Of a DNA stretch of 64,000 nucleotides, positions 61,182-64,000 are shown piece after piece (position 1 is the stretch's first letter; every line of letters begins with the position of its first letter). The DNA is taken from the NCBI GenBank assembly GCA_019057795.1, contig JAHLWS010000070.1, positions 64,001 to 128,000 on the forward strand, given 5' to 3'. The notes under the pieces are model-generated. The model did not search any database and was not told the origin of the DNA. It saw only the letters and a program-made list of their open reading frames with translations. The DNA is from Promethearchaeota archaeon. Its GTDB lineage: Archaea; Asgardarchaeota; Lokiarchaeia; Sigyniarchaeales; SOKP01. The translations under genes were made by a program, and so were the position numbers.

Positions 61182-62657
61182 CTAATCTTTCTTCATTAAC
61201 GCTTTATCCACAGATGAACCAAGTTTTTTCAAGGTTTCTCTAATATCGACCTTTTTAATCTTCCACTTCATTGGTTCTATGGTAATTATGAAGTTTTTCA
61301 CATCCGTTTTTGCTCGAATAAGAGTTTGATATCCTATTAACAATTTTCCTGTTTTTTTCGAAATTGTTTTTGACATAGTTATTTTACCGCAAGATATTCC
61401 TAAAGAGCGACACATCTCTTTAAAATTCTTAATTAGGGGTAATGACGCATTTCTAAAACCAATACCTATAGATTTGTTTTTTTTATCAACATAAATAGTA
61501 CCATCTGTATCAACTAACCCCTTTAAACCTCTAATTACTAGGGGACTATATTTAAATATCCACTCTTCCTTATTGCGTTCAATCCATTCTTGATCCTTTT
61601 TAATCCATTGAGGAACGCATACTTGGTTTTGTACTTTGTCTCCTGTCATTAATCCTAATCGCTTTAATGTCTCTATCAAACCATCTCCATATAATTTAAT
61701 GTCGACTGATTTAGAATTCTTTCGTGGAACCAAATCTGGAGAAATCTTAAACACCTTTTGCATCAAATTTTTTACATAATGTACATATTCGAGTTCATCC
61801 ACACGATTCAAAGATATGCTTAATAAACTATTTTTGTATTTCTTTTCTCCTTTTTTATGAAGATGTCCATCCCCTAATATTATACATATTAACTCAGCAA
61901 GATCTTCATTCTTTTTTAATTTTAAAGGTTTATTTATTTTTTCTTTGGACTCAATTATTTTATGTGGAATTCTATTTCCATAAAATTCTACTAATTTTTC
62001 AAAACTATTTTGGTTCAGGGTGTATCCATGATATAAAGTATTACCAATGTAGGTTCCTATATTCTTACTTATTTTATTATTTGAAATTCCTCTATCGTTG
62101 AGTTTTGAACATATTTCACTTATTAAAGAAGGTTCTATGTAAATTCGGCCTTTTTTTTCTAAAATTTCAATTTTTTCTGCTCTGCATATTTCCCTTCCAG
62201 CTAGACTTTCAAGCTTTTTTAGAGATTTCTTATTTATTCTATTTCCCCGGTAAAGAGCACCTCTGATATCAACTCCAATTTTTTCTCTTATTTGTTTTAA
62301 AGTAAAACCATTGTTTTTTAATTCGTCCCAAATTTTCTTTAAATCATCATCATCTAATTTAATTTTATCTTCGTCAATTTTTTTTTTATTTTCAAGATTC
62401 TCTTCTTTTAATTCATAAATTGGTTTATAATGTTCATCAAGATCAAGTGGTTCCCAATCATCTCCTATTTCTTGTTCATCGGAATTAATGGGTTCCCAGT
62501 CATCTTCTAATAATTCTTTATTACCTTCATCTTCCTCAAAGGGTTCCCAATTATCCTCTATTTCTTCTAGAAGGTTTTTTTTTAGTTCTTTCTCATCCCC
62601 TGAATTATCTCCAATATAATCAACGATTTCTTCATCATAATCCTTGTTATTCATCAA
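61182..62657 (-). CDS. free-standing two-motif LAGLIDADG endonuclease-like protein with acidic repeat N-terminus
   Basis: LAELICIILGDG and LKGLVDTDG; three D(N/D)WEP repeats. Confidence 0.82.
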   Translation of the reverse strand: MMNNKDYDEEIVDYIGDNSGDEKELKKNLLEEIEDNWEPFEEDEGNKELLEDDWEPINSDEQEIGDDWEPLDLDEHYKPIYELKEENLENKKKIDEDKIKLDDDDLKKIWDELKNNGFTLKQIREKIGVDIRGALYRGNRINKKSLKKLESLAGREICRAEKIEILEKKGRIYIEPSLISEICSKLNDRGISNNKISKNIGTYIGNTLYHGYTLNQNSFEKLVEFYGNRIPHKIIESKEKINKPLKLKKNEDLAELICIILGDGHLHKKGEKKYKNSLLSISLNRVDELEYVHYVKNLMQKVFKISPDLVPRKNSKSVDIKLYGDGLIETLKRLGLMTGDKVQNQVCVPQWIKKDQEWIERNKEEWIFKYSPLVIRGLKGLVDTDGTIYVDKKNKSIGIGFRNASLPLIKNFKEMCRSLGISCGKITMSKTISKKTGKLLIGYQTLIRAKTDVKNFIITIEPMKWKIKKVDIRETLKKLGSSVDKALMKKD

Positions 62658-62796
62658 CTATTTTTCTTTATCATTGTTTTTATACTCCCCTGAATCTTCT
62701 ACAAGAAAATAAATTAGATGAAAAATAAAATAGTAATATCAGTGCTTAAAAAATTTAAAACCTAATTAAATCATATAGAATTATAAAATTTTACCA

Positions 62797-63813
62797 ATGA
62801 ATAACAACGATTATATTAGTTCAATAGGAGAAATAACATTAATAAGAATTATAGAAGAATTAATTTTTGAAAAAACTGGAAGGAAATTAATTAGAGACGA
62901 TTCTTTTTTTTTTAAAATTATAGAGGAAGATATCCTAAAAGATATCGTTCTTAACTCAGACATGTTCAATGCTGCAACTGATGCTCCAGAACAAATGTCC
63001 TTTTATCAGATGGGACGAAAATCTGTTCTTATGAATATAAGCGATCTTGTTGTTAAGGGCGTAAAACCCCAAGGTGTTATTATTTCTCTAGGACTTCCTG
63101 AAAATTTAAAAGTTATAGATTTTAAATGTTTGATTGAAGGAATTATCGATTATATAAAATTGTGGAATATTAATTATCTGGGAGGAGATATTAATAAATC
63201 TAAAGAAATAATTATAAATCCGACTGTATTTGGTTTTAAGGATCCAAAAAAAATAATTTATCGAAAAGGTTTAAAACCAGACGATTTAATTTTAATAAAC
63301 AATAAATTCGGCTTAACTGGTGTAGGATTTGACATAATTTTAAATAGAAAAGAGAAAATAGAGGATTTTTCTAAATATAGTAGAGCTATCAAAAGTGTAT
63401 TAGAACCAAACGATATAGGAAAGGAAGGTATTGTTTTGGCAGATAACCAATTAGCAACGGCGAGTATTGATTCTTCTGATGGGTTATCTAAATCTTTAAA
63501 AGATTTGCTTTTGTCAAATCCTAATATGGGGTTTGAAATTGAATTTAATGAAAACTTAATTCATCAAGATTCAATAAAATATTCAAAAGAATACAATGCC
63601 TCGTTAGAAAAATTAATCTTTAATGGAGGAGAAGAATTTATTCATCTATTTACAACCAATGCCAAAAATTTTAAAACGGCTCAAAAATTCGTCAATTCGA
63701 TGGGTGGAAAATTGTTTAAGATCGGAAAAGTAATTTCTGAGGAAAAAATCTATTTTTTAAAAGAAGGTAAAAGAATTGAATTAAAGAGTCAAGGTTATGA
63801 ACATTTTAAATAA
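62797..63813 (+). CDS. thiL: thiamine-monophosphate kinase
   Basis: GEITLI, DDS, MNISDL, GGD, SIDSSDGL, GGEEF, GYEHF. Confidence 0.93.
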   Translation: MNNNDYISSIGEITLIRIIEELIFEKTGRKLIRDDSFFFKIIEEDILKDIVLNSDMFNAATDAPEQMSFYQMGRKSVLMNISDLVVKGVKPQGVIISLGLPENLKVIDFKCLIEGIIDYIKLWNINYLGGDINKSKEIIINPTVFGFKDPKKIIYRKGLKPDDLILINNKFGLTGVGFDIILNRKEKIEDFSKYSRAIKSVLEPNDIGKEGIVLADNQLATASIDSSDGLSKSLKDLLLSNPNMGFEIEFNENLIHQDSIKYSKEYNASLEKLIFNGGEEFIHLFTTNAKNFKTAQKFVNSMGGKLFKIGKVISEEKIYFLKEGKRIELKSQGYEHFK

Positions 63814-63968
63814 TTTACCTTAATGAAAACATTCAAGGAATATAGAACAGAAACGACTACAGAAAAAGTTATAAATTATTATAGATTTTATCCATTACAA
63901 TTTTACTTTAATTTTAACTTTTTAACAAGAATTAAAACATTTGATCTTATAATTATTCTATTAAAACA

Positions 63969-64000
63969 GGGCCATTAGCGCAGGCAGGTAGCGCAGCAGG
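63969..64000 (+). tRNA. 5' part of a tRNA (anticodon beyond window)
   Basis: GGGCCAT-TA-GCGC-AGGCAGGTA-GCGC-A-GCAGG acceptor and D-arm layout. Confidence 0.75.

Noticed and set aside
1-64000. selenoprotein or further mRNA BHB introns
   Set aside because: No in-frame TGA at a Cys position and no other frame-broken gene seen by eye; a short in-frame intron could have been missed without a computational scan.

Overview
AT-rich archaeal chromosomal segment whose gene set points to Asgard archaea, most likely Lokiarchaeia (inference): GatDE, archaeal MAT, Nop5/fibrillarin, PolD DP1/DP2, Orc1/Cdc6, CarS, SmAP3 and Elf1, plus eukaryotic-signature proteins (roadblock-Rab GTPase fusion, longin protein). 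It is mostly housekeeping, with two complete tRNAs (Leu-GAG; Thr-CGT with a non-canonically placed intron) and one partial tRNA. The strongest finding is a protein-coding gene, elf1, interrupted by a 32-nt bulge-helix-bulge (tRNA-type) intron at 37393-37424. Cutting at the canonical BHB positions removes an in-frame stop and rebuilds the CxxC zinc knuckle exactly; RtcB and archease are encoded about 11 kb away. Other candidates: (1) an 8-gene operon with an ATPase-dead SMC-like protein, a MAGE/NSE-like KITE protein and an AAA ATPase; (2) actin-regulator-like proteins (coiled-coil/polyproline/WH2-like protein beside a BAR-like protein, and an unannotated 50-aa WH2/thymosin-like protein); (3) a cluster of a LITAF-like protein and AN1 zinc-finger intramembrane proteases; (4) two duplicated 9-codon micro-genes; (5) an in-frame amber codon in a peptidase; (6) apparent ATT/ATC start codons. 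No CRISPR array, transposase or intein was seen. All family calls come from motif recognition by eye, not from database searches.
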